Virus record (IMG/VR): IMGVR_UViG_3300028048_000099 | Location: 1-64,000 of that record | DNA from: a virus | Taxonomy: Duplodnaviria > Caudoviricetes | Strand: one strand, 5' to 3' | Length of the DNA: 64,000 bases | Part shown: positions 1 through 10,407 of the stretch, in pieces | Position numbering within the stretch: position 1 is the stretch's first letter | Layout: each line of letters starts with the position of its first letter | Position numbers and translations under genes: made by a program | Notes under the pieces: model-generated | What the model was told of the DNA's origin: nothing | What the model saw: only the letters and a program-made list of their open reading frames with translations | The model's database searches: none

Positions 1-3000
1 TTACTTGACAGTGAAAGATATTGGTCATTCCATGTCACGGCGGATAACTCGCCATAGAAAGGCTTGTAGATGACCGGAGTAATCATAGTGCGATAAACCG
101 TGGCTCTCGCCAATGTGTCCGGTGATACCCCGTTAGGATAAATATCATATTCGGTATACGCTTTAAGAGTAACGGAATTATTTCCGGACCATGTGACGAC
201 CGGGAAAATCTTGACACCATTCTCCAGAACCACGACACAACCTCGGCCACTCACTATATTTGAATCGAAACCTGTGGCTGTTAAAGTCACGATACTGGCG
301 ACAGGGTCGTAACTGTAACTGGTCACAGTTAATTCAGACGCGTCAGCCGCGGCCCTCCCGTCATCGGAATAAGACATCGCCTCATAATACCTACGGTCAA
401 TAGTCCCATAAACCGTGGGAATGAAGTTATAAGACTCATCAAGGTTATATCCGTCAAAATGGGTGAAATCACCCTTATAATATGTTGAGGGGTTGACACT
501 GCCCGATATGGCTGAGACGGCATTCTCGGGGTACCCGAAAACAGCCACCTCGTTATCACCTTTACTATACACATAACAATCATAGGCAGCCGTGTCATCC
601 TGGGTCTGGCGGTAGAAACTATGCCTCATCAGCCAGCTGGCGACATCACGTGATTGGAATGGATTCCCGTTCTTCCATTGCGTCTCCGTGAAATCCTTTA
701 GATTCATCCCGCCCTTGTACGCGAGATAATCGCACGCGACGTAAAGATTGATGTCGGTGTTATCCTCAATAAGCGCGGTATAAAGGGAAACCGTCACCTC
801 ACCACGCTTCACGCCCAGGTCATAACGTCCGGCGGAAGGCACGTGGCATTCCCACCATACCTCGCCAGCCTCATCCACATACCTGACGACAGATGTCGGC
901 AGTTGCCATTCTCCCTCGGTATCCGTGGAGGCGGTTCTTGATTTACGAATCCTGAAATCAATATCAAGATTTGATTTACTCAACATTTCCCTGAGAATTC
1001 TGACCTCGTCGGCAACCTTGATGAAGCCGCCTTTCTTGGGGTCGGTTGTGGCCCCTGTGCCCGGACATCTGTAATTAACGACCGACGCGTCAATATCAAA
1101 CGCGGCATCGCCGAAAACAAATGTCTTTGAAACGGTCTGGTCTATTGAGTCAGTCACCGTGATGGTGTACTCATGACCGAATTCCATACTCATGTCAAGC
1201 CATTCCTCGTCCTCCCTCTGGAATATATCCTTCGCGCCGGTGGTGTTATCAACTCTTGTCACTGTGAGCGGGGGAAGCATGTTGTTCACTATGATTGTCG
1301 CCCAAAGTTGCGTGAGGTCCGGGCTGATGTGCTCCTGAACCATGAGCGACGGCTCCTTCGCGACATTGTTTGAGTCACAGACACTGAAGAACTGCTTCTT
1401 GAACTCGTCAAGCGCGGTTGAGCCGTCCTTGAGCCCGAAATAGAAATAAAAAGAGTTCTCATATTGGGGCATGGAAACTTTTCCGCCACTATTCTTGAGG
1501 AAACGCCTCTTCTGTTCCTTGGTGGAGAACGAGTCCAGGCCGAACCTGAACATATAATAATCATTGATTGCGGTCTCAACTGTCCTTCTCTCGGTATATT
1601 TTGTCTCATGGGCGTCATAATCATCAGGGCTGGACCACAATGAGTTGAAAAGACTCTTGAAAAGGCTCGTTGAGTCCTTGATGTTCTCCTGTCCTTCCCG
1701 TGAGCCGTCATTCACCCTCTTGTTATAGGGCGAGCCGACCATATGAACGTAATTGCCCAGGGAGCCGTCAAAACCGTCCGGACGGAGATATCTCAAATGA
1801 TATTTCTTGTATCCCGTCGCCTCGTTCCTGTCCGTGGCTATCAGCTTGTTATGGTTGAGGGTCGCGAACATTGAGCGGAATGCCGCGGACTCTATATCCA
1901 CGTTGCTTATGAGACCCGTGGGGACATAATAACGGTACACCGGGGTGCCTGAGGCCTCGTTGTATCCGCGTACCTCCTCCCTCCTCTGGGACATGGTCGC
2001 GCCGAGCTCGCAGATTCGCTTAAGGTTGACACAGGACTTTATGTTTGACTCGCTGTTCGTGCAGGAGAGCCCTAAGAAGTGTCCACCCGGATAATAAAGG
2101 AAGGAATACCTCTTATTCCCGCCCCCGAAAAGTCTTCCCAAAAGACCGCTGGGATTCTCCTTAAGTCCAGCCTCCACATCATCCTGCCCGGGACCTGAGT
2201 AATTCCAGGTGATACCCGCGGCCTCGGTCACGGGAACAGGGTCATCATTCTCCTCATACTGAATCTTATCAAACTCAGTCTGCGTATACGCGCTATATGT
2301 CGTCCCGTAATCAGGCGTAATCCTGTTGACACTGGTCTCCCCGCTTAGTTTCCTTCCCGCCGGGGATGATGAGCATACCGTCCCGTCCCCGGCCGCGTAT
2401 ATGTACGCGTCATCATCCATGGTGGTCAGCGCGAGGTTGGTCGGCATAATGTAAGACGAGTTGCTGAGGAATTTGAACGCCTGGGGAATCCCGTTCTCGT
2501 CACAGTCATTGAGCGTGCCAAGGAACACGATGTCGGTCGCGAAAAGAAGAGTCCTAACGTTTCCATTATTTGTGTTTTTCCATTCACACGGTTTAAGGTA
2601 ATACACAAACTGCCCAAGCATTGTGGTCTCTTCCGTCACAAGCCCTGACTTCTTGCCGAACACGGGGGACTGCTGCATCCCCGGTTTCTTATGACACTTG
2701 GCGGGGAAAATCTGTATCTTCTTCTTTCCCTTGTTTGTCTTCGCCTTCCTGTGGCATGATATGTCCGTCGTTATCGCTGTCCACGGGGTAGCTCCGGCGG
2801 ACTGGTAAGCCAGCGAGCACTGCTGGGTGTAATACCTCGTCTTCTTGACGGTTGAGTTCTCGGAGTTCATACACCCCTTGACCTTGTCCTTGTAATAGGT
2901 CGTGACTGACGGGAGGCCGCCTTTCTTGAAATTAAACCTATACTTCTTTTTTCTCTTGACCTTTCTCATCCATCGCGGGAAATAAAGCACGCCGTTGACC

Positions 3001-4964
3001 CAGTCGTTGTAAAAGTCAAACTTGATGACACGGTACTCCTCGGCCAGGTTCATCTCAAAACAGTTTATCAGATAATCCACGTTTGTCGTCAGGCACACGG
3101 TGTTCTCCTCACCCTCTGTCATGTTCTGGTAATCAAGCGATGTCTCATCTATGTACTCAGTGGACTTCATGGCGTCCTTGGAGTCCGGCTCGGCACCTTC
3201 AAGGCCGTCTCCCGACCCTATCGCCGCCGCCAAGGTATTCTCCATTATTGTCTTGGTTATGGAATTGTTCTTAATTCCGGCGGCGCAGGCGGGGGCGAAA
3301 TACCATCCCTCCATGTCCGGACAGAGTCCATCACCTATATAAGTGCAATGAATAGTGAATCTTCTGACAAACAAATTAATAGGACCCGCCGTAATTTTCT
3401 CTTTTAGTTTTTTCCTGAGTTTTCTCACGGATTTGATGACAACCCCTATAAGGGCGAGAGGGGACAAAACGATGTCACCCACCAAATCAAGTATACCGAT
3501 GAAAATCCTAATGACACCCGCTATAATCCTGTTGACGAGGGCCACAATCTTGATGAAGAGCTTGACGAATATGCAGAGCACCGTGAACATGAACGGAAGC
3601 TTGATTCGCATGTTGTTGTACGGCATGGGGTTGTTCCCGCCGTAATAGTTGCACGCCTTGATACCTGAGAACCGCTCGCTCTTCCACCTCTTTGACTTCT
3701 GGAAACGCGGGATGTAGGACTTGACCGTGTACACGCCGTTCCAGAAGAGGTCCCTGAACGAGTCCTCCTCCGTGTAGGTACCGAAGTTATAGTCAACTTT
3801 CTTGTCCGTGATATTGGGGTTGTTGGGAATCAGGTACTTGGCCCTGAAATAAGTCTGCGTGCTGCTCTCCATGTCGGTGAGGGAGGCGCGGAAACGGACC
3901 CTGGCCCTGGTGGGTATACCTTTCTCGGGGTCATCCGTGGGCACCATGTTCCCGTACTCGTCGGTCATCATGTAGTCCAGGTTCATAGGTATCTGGTAAC
4001 ACCAGACACCGTTGCCGTCAATCACCTGGTTTCCCTTGATACTGAACTCCTCAACGTTACCGCCCGGGGTCTTGCGAATCATCTCAATGGTCCCCTCCCC
4101 CGCGGTCAGCTCGTCCATCGCGCCCATCTGGTTTGTGGGGACGCACTTCTTCCCGACACCGTTTGACACGTTGTCGCTGATGGCGGAGCCCATGAACACG
4201 CAGGTGGGCTCAAACTTGAAGGATATGTTTATGTCGGCCCTGGTGATGCCTATCTCGTCACCGTTGTCCTTGTTTCCCCAGAAGGGACGGACATAGACCG
4301 GCTGGTTCTGGCTGAAAATCTGTGAGAGCCCGTCAATGTTCTCGTCCTTCTTGAACTGGTTGGGGTTCTCGAACTGCTCAATGGTGTAGCCCTTGTACAC
4401 GAAATCCCTCGGACGCTGCGAGAGTATGCCGCAGTCGGAGAGGTCAAGGTCCATGTGAAGCATCTGCGTGCCGGTGGGGACGCCGCACAGGAGGTAGTCA
4501 CCCGCGGCGTTGGTCCTTGTCGTGTAGACATAGTAATCGTCAAAGACCTCCAGGAGGGCGTCATTCTCAAGAAGGAAAGTCTTGTTGGGGAACGTGCCCA
4601 CGGCCTTGTGGCAGTCCTTCACGGACTTGTCGGGAAGCAGGTTGTACCTTATCCCGTCGTTGTTTTTCGTTGACGTTGAGGCGTAGGGATACAGGTTCCA
4701 CATCTCCAGGCTGGAGTTGGACTCATCCGCGGGGAAGAAAACGCTTATCTTCGCGTTGGGCACCCCGAAGTTCCCGTTGGCGAGAACGCGGCCGACCACC
4801 ACCCCGTAATCGGAGTTGTGGAGCTTGTAGGTGTCCTTGTCACTCAGCTTGAGGGACAGGATTTCGATGCTCTCGTAATCCTGGTCAAGCTTCACCTCGA
4901 GGAAAGAGTCCGACTCGGTCCCGGGGATTGTCCTTATCCTATATGATTTGTTGTTTTCCGCCAT
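1..4964 (-). CDS. Giant putative virion structural protein (>1650 aa, C-terminus beyond window; absent from ORF track)
   Basis: ATG at 4964 (MAENNKSYRIRTIPGTESDSFLEVKLDQDYESIEILSLKL...GVVVGRVLANGNFGVPNAKISVF). I read this frame by hand down to position 3 and found no stop. Codon style matches neighbouring core genes, and it lies directly downstream of the baseplate genes. Confidence 0.85.
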   Translation of the reverse strand, partial: MAENNKSYRIRTIPGTESDSFLEVKLDQDYESIEILSLKLSDKDTYKLHNSDYGVVVGRVLANGNFGVPNAKISVFFPADESNSSLEMWNLYPYASTSTKNNDGIRYNLLPDKSVKDCHKAVGTFPNKTFLLENDALLEVFDDYYVYTTRTNAAGDYLLCGVPTGTQMLHMDLDLSDCGILSQRPRDFVYKGYTIEQFENPNQFKKDENIDGLSQIFSQNQPVYVRPFWGNKDNGDEIGITRADINISFKFEPTCVFMGSAISDNVSNGVGKKCVPTNQMGAMDELTAGEGTIEMIRKTPGGNVEEFSIKGNQVIDGNGVWCYQIPMNLDYMMTDEYGNMVPTDDPEKGIPTRARVRFRASLTDMESSTQTYFRAKYLIPNNPNITDKKVDYNFGTYTEEDSFRDLFWNGVYTVKSYIPRFQKSKRWKSERFSGIKACNYYGGNNPMPYNNMRIKLPFMFTVLCIFVKLFIKIVALVNRIIAGVIRIFIGILDLVGDIVLSPLALIGVVIKSVRKLRKKLKEKITAGPINLFVRRFTIHCTYIGDGLCPDMEGWYFAPACAAGIKNNSITKTIMENTLAAAIGSGDGLEGAEPDSKDAMKSTEYIDETSLDYQNMTEGEENTVCLTTNVDYLINCFEMNLAEEYRVIKFDFYNDWVNGVLYFPRWMRKVKRKKKYRFNFKKGGLPSVTTYYKDKVKGCMNSENSTVKKTRYYTQQCSLAYQSAGATPWTAITTDISCHRKAKTNKGKKKIQIFPAKCHKKPGMQQSPVFGKKSGLVTEETTMLGQFVYYLKPCEWKNTNNGNVRTLLFATDIVFLGTLNDCDENGIPQAFKFLSNSSYIMPTNLALTTMDDDAYIYAAGDGTVCSSSPAGRKLSGETSVNRITPDYGTTYSAYTQTEFDKIQYEENDDPVPVTEAAGITWNYSGPGQDDVEAGLKENPSGLLGRLFGGGNKRYSFLYYPGGHFLGLSCTNSESNIKSCVNLKRICELGATMSQRREEVRGYNEASGTPVYRYYVPTGLISNVDIESAAFRSMFATLNHNKLIATDRNEATGYKKYHLRYLRPDGFDGSLGNYVHMVGSPYNKRVNDGSREGQENIKDSTSLFKSLFNSLWSSPDDYDAHETKYTERRTVETAINDYYMFRFGLDSFSTKEQKRRFLKNSGGKVSMPQYENSFYFYFGLKDGSTALDEFKKQFFSVCDSNNVAKEPSLMVQEHISPDLTQLWATIIVNNMLPPLTVTRVDNTTGAKDIFQREDEEWLDMSMEFGHEYTITVTDSIDQTVSKTFVFGDAAFDIDASVVNYRCPGTGATTDPKKGGFIKVADEVRILREMLSKSNLDIDFRIRKSRTASTDTEGEWQLPTSVVRYVDEAGEVWWECHVPSAGRYDLGVKRGEVTVSLYTALIEDNTDINLYVACDYLAYKGGMNLKDFTETQWKNGNPFQSRDVASWLMRHSFYRQTQDDTAAYDCYVYSKGDNEVAVFGYPENAVSAISGSVNPSTYYKGDFTHFDGYNLDESYNFIPTVYGTIDRRYYEAMSYSDDGRAAADASELTVTSYSYDPVASIVTLTATGFDSNIVSGRGCVVVLENGVKIFPVVTWSGNNSVTLKAYTEYDIYPNGVSPDTLARATVYRTMITPVIYKPFYGELSAVTWNDQYLSLSS

Positions 4965-5217
4965 TTCTAACCTTGTGTATGAATCCTAAAAACTTCCTGA
5001 AACTTATAAACCCGTCCTTTGAGACCATGGAGAAGATTATAACCCCCACGAACATGACCGGCACGAGGGGAAGGAGAAGAAGGTACACGAGCGCCGTCAA
5101 CGCGGCGTCCTTCTTGTTCACGCGCATTCTCCCCCTGTTCCCGGACGACACCCTGTTGTAGGAGTAATATCTGTTTATCCTCTCTATGTCCCTGTTGACC
5201 TTGCAAGCGCACGCCAT
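4939..5217 (-). CDS. Small membrane protein (one or two TM helices, basic termini)
   Basis: Likely start MACACKVN at 5217 just after the upstream stop; hydrophobic AALTALVYLLLLPLVPVMFVGVIIFSMV. Confidence 0.65.
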   Translation of the reverse strand: MACACKVNRDIERINRYYSYNRVSSGNRGRMRVNKKDAALTALVYLLLLPLVPVMFVGVIIFSMVSKDGFISFRKFLGFIHKVRNGGKQQII

Positions 5218-5228
5218 ATCCTGTCCTC

Positions 5229-7184
5229 CTAAACCAGTTTCGGGTAAACCCTGATGTCCTTCTCGGGCCACTTGACCTCAAGCATGCAATCCCCGTCGCT
5301 GTATATTATGCCGTCGGAGGCCTCCAGGTCAATCCTGTCCCTCCCCTTGACAATCTCCTCCTGCGCGCGGTTGCAGTCGCCCGAGGCGTAGAGCTCCTGG
5401 CTCGTCTGGGTTGAGCTGTACCCGGGCCCCGTCTCGTTATATACCCTTATGTCAATGAGGTTGGCGACGCCGTCCAGCTTGGAGACCTCCTTCTTGAGGT
5501 CGCCTATGTAAATGTCGTCACCCATGTTCCTCTTGTTGACGTCAAAATAATCCCTGACCTTGCCGATAATCATTGAGACCACGTCACTGACGTTGTAGGT
5601 CTTGTCAACGTGGACGTCAACCTCAACCGAGAGGTTTATGACCCTTCCGGGCTTTATCTCAACGAAGTCGTTTATCATCCTGTACTCGGTCAGGTAGTTC
5701 TGTATGTTCTCCGTGAGGAGGGCCGGGAGGGCGGCGTCAAGCTTGCCCCTGTAGTCTATCCCCAGGAGATAAAGCATCATCTTGTTGTTGTCCTCCGCGG
5801 CTCCGACCCTGAACGGGGTGCCGTACTTGGGGGGCATCATGAGGACCCTGTCAATATAGTCCTTGGTCGTCACGCAGCGTCCCTGGGCGCCCTTGTTGTA
5901 CTTGACGAGATATCTCATCTCCTGTACCGTGGGCATGTCCTTGCCTGAGACGGAGGGTGTCGTGTTGGTCACGGTTATCGAGTTCTTGACCGCGGACTTG
6001 GTGGCCTCGGACGATGTGGCGCCGGCCGGGAAACTGGCCAGGAGCCTTGATATGGACGATATCGCCCCCTGGGCCACGTTGCTTGAGCTTCCGCCGCCGG
6101 ACCTGTAAAGGATGAATATCGTCGTGCCCGCCTTCGGCATCTCGCCGAGTGACTCGTTACGCATTGTCCTGGTAATCATATACTTGCTGAACGAGGACAT
6201 TTCGCCGATATCCGGATAATCCCTGCTGTTAAGTCCCGGGCCGAATATGACCTTAAGATAACCGTTATCCGTGTACTCGGTTATGAACTTGTGTCTCACC
6301 GGTTTCCACTCACCCCTGGTGACCTCACATGTCGGGTAAATCTTCCCGGCCGAGTAATAACCGTAGGCGTGGACCACCGGGCAGTTGTTCTCGTTGAGTG
6401 TGTCGCCCCACCTGAACTGCTCCGCGAGGCTCTCAACCTCAAAGAACCTGGTCAGACCCGTGCAGAGCTTGCCACCGTGGTAAACCTCCTCGGTCGGCGA
6501 GTAGAACTCACCGTAGCTCGGGTATGAGGTAAGGACGTCACCCTCTTTCATTATGATGCTCTCGACATTCATGACGCCCTCAACGGGGATGACAATCTCC
6601 ATGAAGGGCCTGAGGTCGTTGGATTTTATCGCCTTCTTGTACACGCGGCTCTCCCCCGCGGTGACTATGGCGAGCTTGGAGATACGGTACATGGTTATGT
6701 TGCCGTTGGCGTCCGCCATGGGCTCAATCGTCCTGTCGCTGCGCATATAGGCGTCATACTGCTCCGAGAAATCCACGTCATACATGACCTCAAAGACCTG
6801 GCTGCTGGAGTTGACCATGGTGCCCCTCTTTATAACGGGAAGGTAGTTCTTGGCATAGGTGTCACCGTCCACCGGCACGTTGCAGGTGAACCGGACCTCG
6901 GCCATCGCCCCCTTGGGGCCCGGGACCTTGACGCCGTTGCTTCTCGCTATGTTGTACACCGAGCCGGGCTCCTGGGCGCTGTCAATGCTCGTCTCCTGGT
7001 ACACCCTGTCAATATGGTAGGACAGGTTGTCGGCCACGTCGGCGTTTATGTCAATGAGCCACGAGCCCACCGAGGCGTCGCTGTAGTCCGTCGCCATGTC
7101 CGGGTAGTACTTCCTGGAGAAATCCCTCAGGGACTCCCTGTAATCGTCAAATGTCCTGTTGAGATATGATATTCCCTTTTCCAT
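5229..7184 (-). CDS. Baseplate wedge subunit (T4 gp6 / baseplate J-like)
   Basis: N-terminal YLNRTFDDYRESL...DYSDASVGSWLIDINADVADNLSYHID; AQGRCVTTKDY motif; adjacent to gp25-like gene. Confidence 0.85.
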   Translation of the reverse strand: MEKGISYLNRTFDDYRESLRDFSRKYYPDMATDYSDASVGSWLIDINADVADNLSYHIDRVYQETSIDSAQEPGSVYNIARSNGVKVPGPKGAMAEVRFTCNVPVDGDTYAKNYLPVIKRGTMVNSSSQVFEVMYDVDFSEQYDAYMRSDRTIEPMADANGNITMYRISKLAIVTAGESRVYKKAIKSNDLRPFMEIVIPVEGVMNVESIIMKEGDVLTSYPSYGEFYSPTEEVYHGGKLCTGLTRFFEVESLAEQFRWGDTLNENNCPVVHAYGYYSAGKIYPTCEVTRGEWKPVRHKFITEYTDNGYLKVIFGPGLNSRDYPDIGEMSSFSKYMITRTMRNESLGEMPKAGTTIFILYRSGGGSSSNVAQGAISSISRLLASFPAGATSSEATKSAVKNSITVTNTTPSVSGKDMPTVQEMRYLVKYNKGAQGRCVTTKDYIDRVLMMPPKYGTPFRVGAAEDNNKMMLYLLGIDYRGKLDAALPALLTENIQNYLTEYRMINDFVEIKPGRVINLSVEVDVHVDKTYNVSDVVSMIIGKVRDYFDVNKRNMGDDIYIGDLKKEVSKLDGVANLIDIRVYNETGPGYSSTQTSQELYASGDCNRAQEEIVKGRDRIDLEASDGIIYSDGDCMLEVKWPEKDIRVYPKLV

Positions 7185-7206
7185 CTGTCATCCTTTTTTT
7201 GTCTGC

Positions 7207-7596
7207 TTATACTCTCAGCGCGGCCGTCTGCTCGACCTCCTTGCCGCCCTTGCTTATCGTGTAGTGGATAATCACGATTTTCCCGTTCTCACTCCTGTCG
7301 TCATTGTAGATTGTTATGTCCTTGAAATTCACGTCCGGGACATACTTGTAAACCTGTTGGGTTATGTCGTTCCTGAGCCGCTCGAAGGTCGTCTCGTCCG
7401 CCGGCTCGTGGATGTATTTTATGAGGTCCGTGCCGAAATCGGGGTTACGGAGCCTCTGCCCCTTGGGGGTGAATATGACATGCAGGAGCCTGCTTTTCAA
7501 TGACTCCTCCTTTGTCATATTGAGGTCCATGTACAGCTCGTCATCGTTTTCTAACGTAAATGGGTAACGAATCCCATAGCGTTGAGTTAGTGCCAT
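7207..7596 (-). CDS. Baseplate wedge / sheath initiator (gp25/GPW-like)
   Basis: GIRYPF...LLHVIFTPKGQRLRNPDFGTDL is the typical gp25 signature. Confidence 0.88.
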   Translation of the reverse strand: MALTQRYGIRYPFTLENDDELYMDLNMTKEESLKSRLLHVIFTPKGQRLRNPDFGTDLIKYIHEPADETTFERLRNDITQQVYKYVPDVNFKDITIYNDDRSENGKIVIIHYTISKGGKEVEQTAALRV

Positions 7597-8552
7597 TATG
7601 TTGTTAATTTTTTAATCTCATTTATTATATCTTTTTCGGTAAAGAAATGATTTTGTTTCCCTATTCCATCTTTTGACTTCGTATAATACAAAACAACTAT
7701 ATCATTCTCTTTGCATAATTTCTTTTTTACTTCATCTCTTGCTGTTCGTTTTTTAAAATCTTCCTCTCCACCGAAGTATTTAACCGACTTAAAATGTTGT
7801 CCGCCTTGGCATTCTATCGCTATTTTTTGCTCAGGTAGGAAAAAATCCAAGTGCAAGTTTGTTTTATATCTTAACCAATTAAAAGTTTTGTGATTTTCAA
7901 ATCTTATGCAATTTTCAGTAAGCGCCTTTTCTATGTTTTCTTCTAACTCCCACTTCTTACATTCATGACATCCACACCCAGCTAAATGATTTTCAGGCTT
8001 TTGCCAAAATTCTCCATGTTCAGGACAAATTATACATACTTCTGTTTTCCCATCTTTATATTCAACTTTAGAATAATCGTATTTATTGCCATGAACTTTT
8101 CTGGCTCTTTCTATGAATTCATCCGTTGTTAATCTCCTGTCTTTTCCCATTTTCTCTCTCCCACATTTAGGACAACCTCTCTTTTGGCTTAAAAGTTTGT
8201 TTGGTTTTATCCAGAATTCGCCATGTTTCGGGCAAATAATACAAACCTTTTCCTGACTACGAACATATACTACCTTTGAGAAATCATATTTATCTCCATG
8301 TATTTCCTTAGCTCGACGTATAAACTCTTCGGTGGTTAGCTGTCTTGCCTTTCCTCTTCCGTTCTCATTAAAGCATTTTTTACAACCATTGCCTGCCAAA
8401 TGATAATATGGTACCTGCCAAAATTCCCCGTGTTCCGGACAAATAATACAAACCTTATCGCGACAACCGGTATATACGACTTTTGAGTAGTCGTATTTGT
8501 CCCCGTGTATCTCTTTCGCCCTTTTTATAAAGGTTTCGGTTGTAAGTCCCAT
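7596..8552 (-). mobile_element. Free-standing homing-type endonuclease: three Zn-ribbon repeats plus C-terminal Vsr/DUF559-like PD-(D/E)xK domain
   Basis: Three ~67-aa repeats LTTEEFIxRAKxxHGxKYDYSKVxY...VCIICPxHGEFW...GCxxC; LDFFLPEQKIAIECQGGQHF; markedly AT-rich relative to flanks. Confidence 0.8.
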
Positions 8553-8569
8553 CGTTAAAGTCTTTCCGT

Positions 8570-8578
8570 ATAAATAGT
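8570..8578 (-). promoter_or_regulatory. Putative late promoter ACTATTTAT for the endonuclease/baseplate operon
   Basis: Exact 9-mer that recurs in sense orientation upstream of many structural genes. Confidence 0.65.
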
Positions 8579-8634
8579 TTTTTTATATTTTTCCCCTCAT
8601 CACAAGATAGTGTTTTACGGGTTAATAGAAAAGG

Positions 8635-8660
8635 AAAAACGGGCCCATCCGGACCCGTTT
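8635..8660 (-). terminator. Intrinsic terminator after the glycosyltransferase cluster
   Basis: AAACGGG...CCCGTTT hairpin with T-run on the minus strand. Confidence 0.55.
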
Positions 8661-8687
8661 CGCGCGAAAAAACAGATTGGGCACGCG

Positions 8688-10406
8688 TTAGAGGGGCATC
8701 TCCTCCATCTTGGTGTACTCTATCTCATAACGCTTCTTGAAGTTGTGCTGGATATAGAGCGTCAGGATGCGCTCACTCAGGAAACCGCAAATCTCCGCCT
8801 GCCACTTGACCTCACGCCACGACAGCTTGAACGGGTCGTCGTAGCGGATGTACCTGCCGGCGCCGAGGTTTCTGCCGATGTGGAGGATAAGGTCCTCGTA
8901 AGTCGTCACCCCTATCCTCTTCATAAACCTTTCAAGCAGGTCAAACAGGAACTCGCAGTACTTGTCGTACTCCTCGGCCGGAAGTATGAAACCGTTGCTG
9001 TAATACAGGTCGGTGCCTTTCTTGATGTACTTGTCCCAGTCGGCCGCGTAATCCGGATGGACCTCCTTCACAATCCTCTCCAGGGTCTTGAGGTCGTCAA
9101 TGCAGTGTGAGTAGCCGAAACCGGCCTCAATGGTGTTGGCGGGGATGAACTTCTTGGCGTTCTCCGGGAAATTGTACGGCTTGCAGCAGATTATGTCGTA
9201 CTCGCTGAAAATCTTGTCAAAATCGGTGTTCTCGTCAATCTCGGTGAAACGGCGGCGGTACTGGGTCTGTCCCTTGTACTTCGCGTCCTTGACGTTCTTC
9301 CAAATCCAGTAAAGACCGGTATTCTCAACGTAATACGGGTTGAGGCTTGAGATGTTGTCTCCGGTGTTGTCCTTGAGCTTGCAGACATCCTTGTCATTGA
9401 CCGCGGCACCGCACTGAAGAGGCGTCATCACCTCGTTGTTGACGAAGCCGTAATCGGTGGGGTTGAAACACAGCATGAACAGCTGGACGTCCTTTCTCTT
9501 CTCAACATCGTCCCCCTTGTCATACTTGTTCGGGTCCTCAACAATATGATAAAAGTCAAAAAGGTCTAGTCCGAGACGTTCCTTTATGATTGCCAGTTTT
9601 TCGCGTGTAGGCTTGTTTGATTTGAAAAACCTATTTTTGATAAGGTATTCAAACATTTCCGGTTTTAGAATCTGGTCCGGGAATCCCCTGGTAATCTTGT
9701 CAATATACTCATCAATAGTTTTATCACTATAATGGCGGATGAAGAGCTGGGTGAAATTATACGGCTGAAGGAACTTGTCCCCCTCCACCTTGTTCCCCAC
9801 GGAGTCACAGCACCTCTCAACACCCTCGGGGGTATGGGGGGCCTTGAACACGACACCGTCAAGTCCTCCACGAACAATTGATTTTATGTGGAAATTCTCT
9901 GGAATATCAGGAAACGCTCTCTTGAAATCAATCGGCTCAACAATCCGATTGAAACGCATCATGACAGGCCTGCCGTCATTGTGGACAAGGTCGTTGTCAT
10001 TGAACATCAGCCAGTTGATATGGACCATGTCATAATCCTTGTACCTCTCGTCGCTGAGGGCCTGGCTGATGCTGGTCAGCGCGCTGGAGCCGAAGGTTAT
10101 GAACTCGTCGCAGTCAATGAAAGCAATCCAGTCATAGTCGTTCTTGTAGGTCTCATAGCACTCGTTGTACGCGTCCATCTGGCACACCTGCCTGTTGCGG
10201 TAGTCCTTGAGAATGACGAAGGCGCTGTCAATGTAATCCCCGATGACCTCCCTGAAATCATCCTCGCCGTCATAGTTGTTGTCAAAAAGACAGATGTTCG
10301 TGAAGCCGAGCATCTTGTTGTACTCCACGAACTCGCGGATGTACTGGTTCTCCTTGCGGCCGATACAGCACACCAAGGTCCTTAGTTCTTTCTTTTCCTC
10401 TTCCAT
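8688..10406 (-). CDS. Two-domain glycosyltransferase: GT-A (GT2/GT92-like) plus DUF4422-like domain
   Basis: ENQYIREFVEY...FDNN...YDWIAFIDCDEF; C-terminal DNTGDNISSLNPYYVENTGLYWIWKN...QYRRRF...GFLSERI. Confidence 0.8.
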   Translation of the reverse strand: MEEEKKELRTLVCCIGRKENQYIREFVEYNKMLGFTNICLFDNNYDGEDDFREVIGDYIDSAFVILKDYRNRQVCQMDAYNECYETYKNDYDWIAFIDCDEFITFGSSALTSISQALSDERYKDYDMVHINWLMFNDNDLVHNDGRPVMMRFNRIVEPIDFKRAFPDIPENFHIKSIVRGGLDGVVFKAPHTPEGVERCCDSVGNKVEGDKFLQPYNFTQLFIRHYSDKTIDEYIDKITRGFPDQILKPEMFEYLIKNRFFKSNKPTREKLAIIKERLGLDLFDFYHIVEDPNKYDKGDDVEKRKDVQLFMLCFNPTDYGFVNNEVMTPLQCGAAVNDKDVCKLKDNTGDNISSLNPYYVENTGLYWIWKNVKDAKYKGQTQYRRRFTEIDENTDFDKIFSEYDIICCKPYNFPENAKKFIPANTIEAGFGYSHCIDDLKTLERIVKEVHPDYAADWDKYIKKGTDLYYSNGFILPAEEYDKYCEFLFDLLERFMKRIGVTTYEDLILHIGRNLGAGRYIRYDDPFKLSWREVKWQAEICGFLSERILTLYIQHNFKKRYEIEYTKMEEMPL

Positions 10407-10407
10407 A

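Noticed and set aside
1-4964. Apparent ORF-poor region suggesting stop-codon recoding (as in Lak phages) or a pseudogene
   Set aside because: It is one uninterrupted minus-strand ORF that lacks a stop inside the window. Elsewhere TAG ends genes at sensible C-termini (e.g. 5229, 14330, 39203) and long genes are not fragmented.
7585-8552. Start duplication MGLT/MALT between the endonuclease and gp25, like the recA case
   Set aside because: The nucleotide match is weak, and LTT is part of the endonuclease's own repeat unit.
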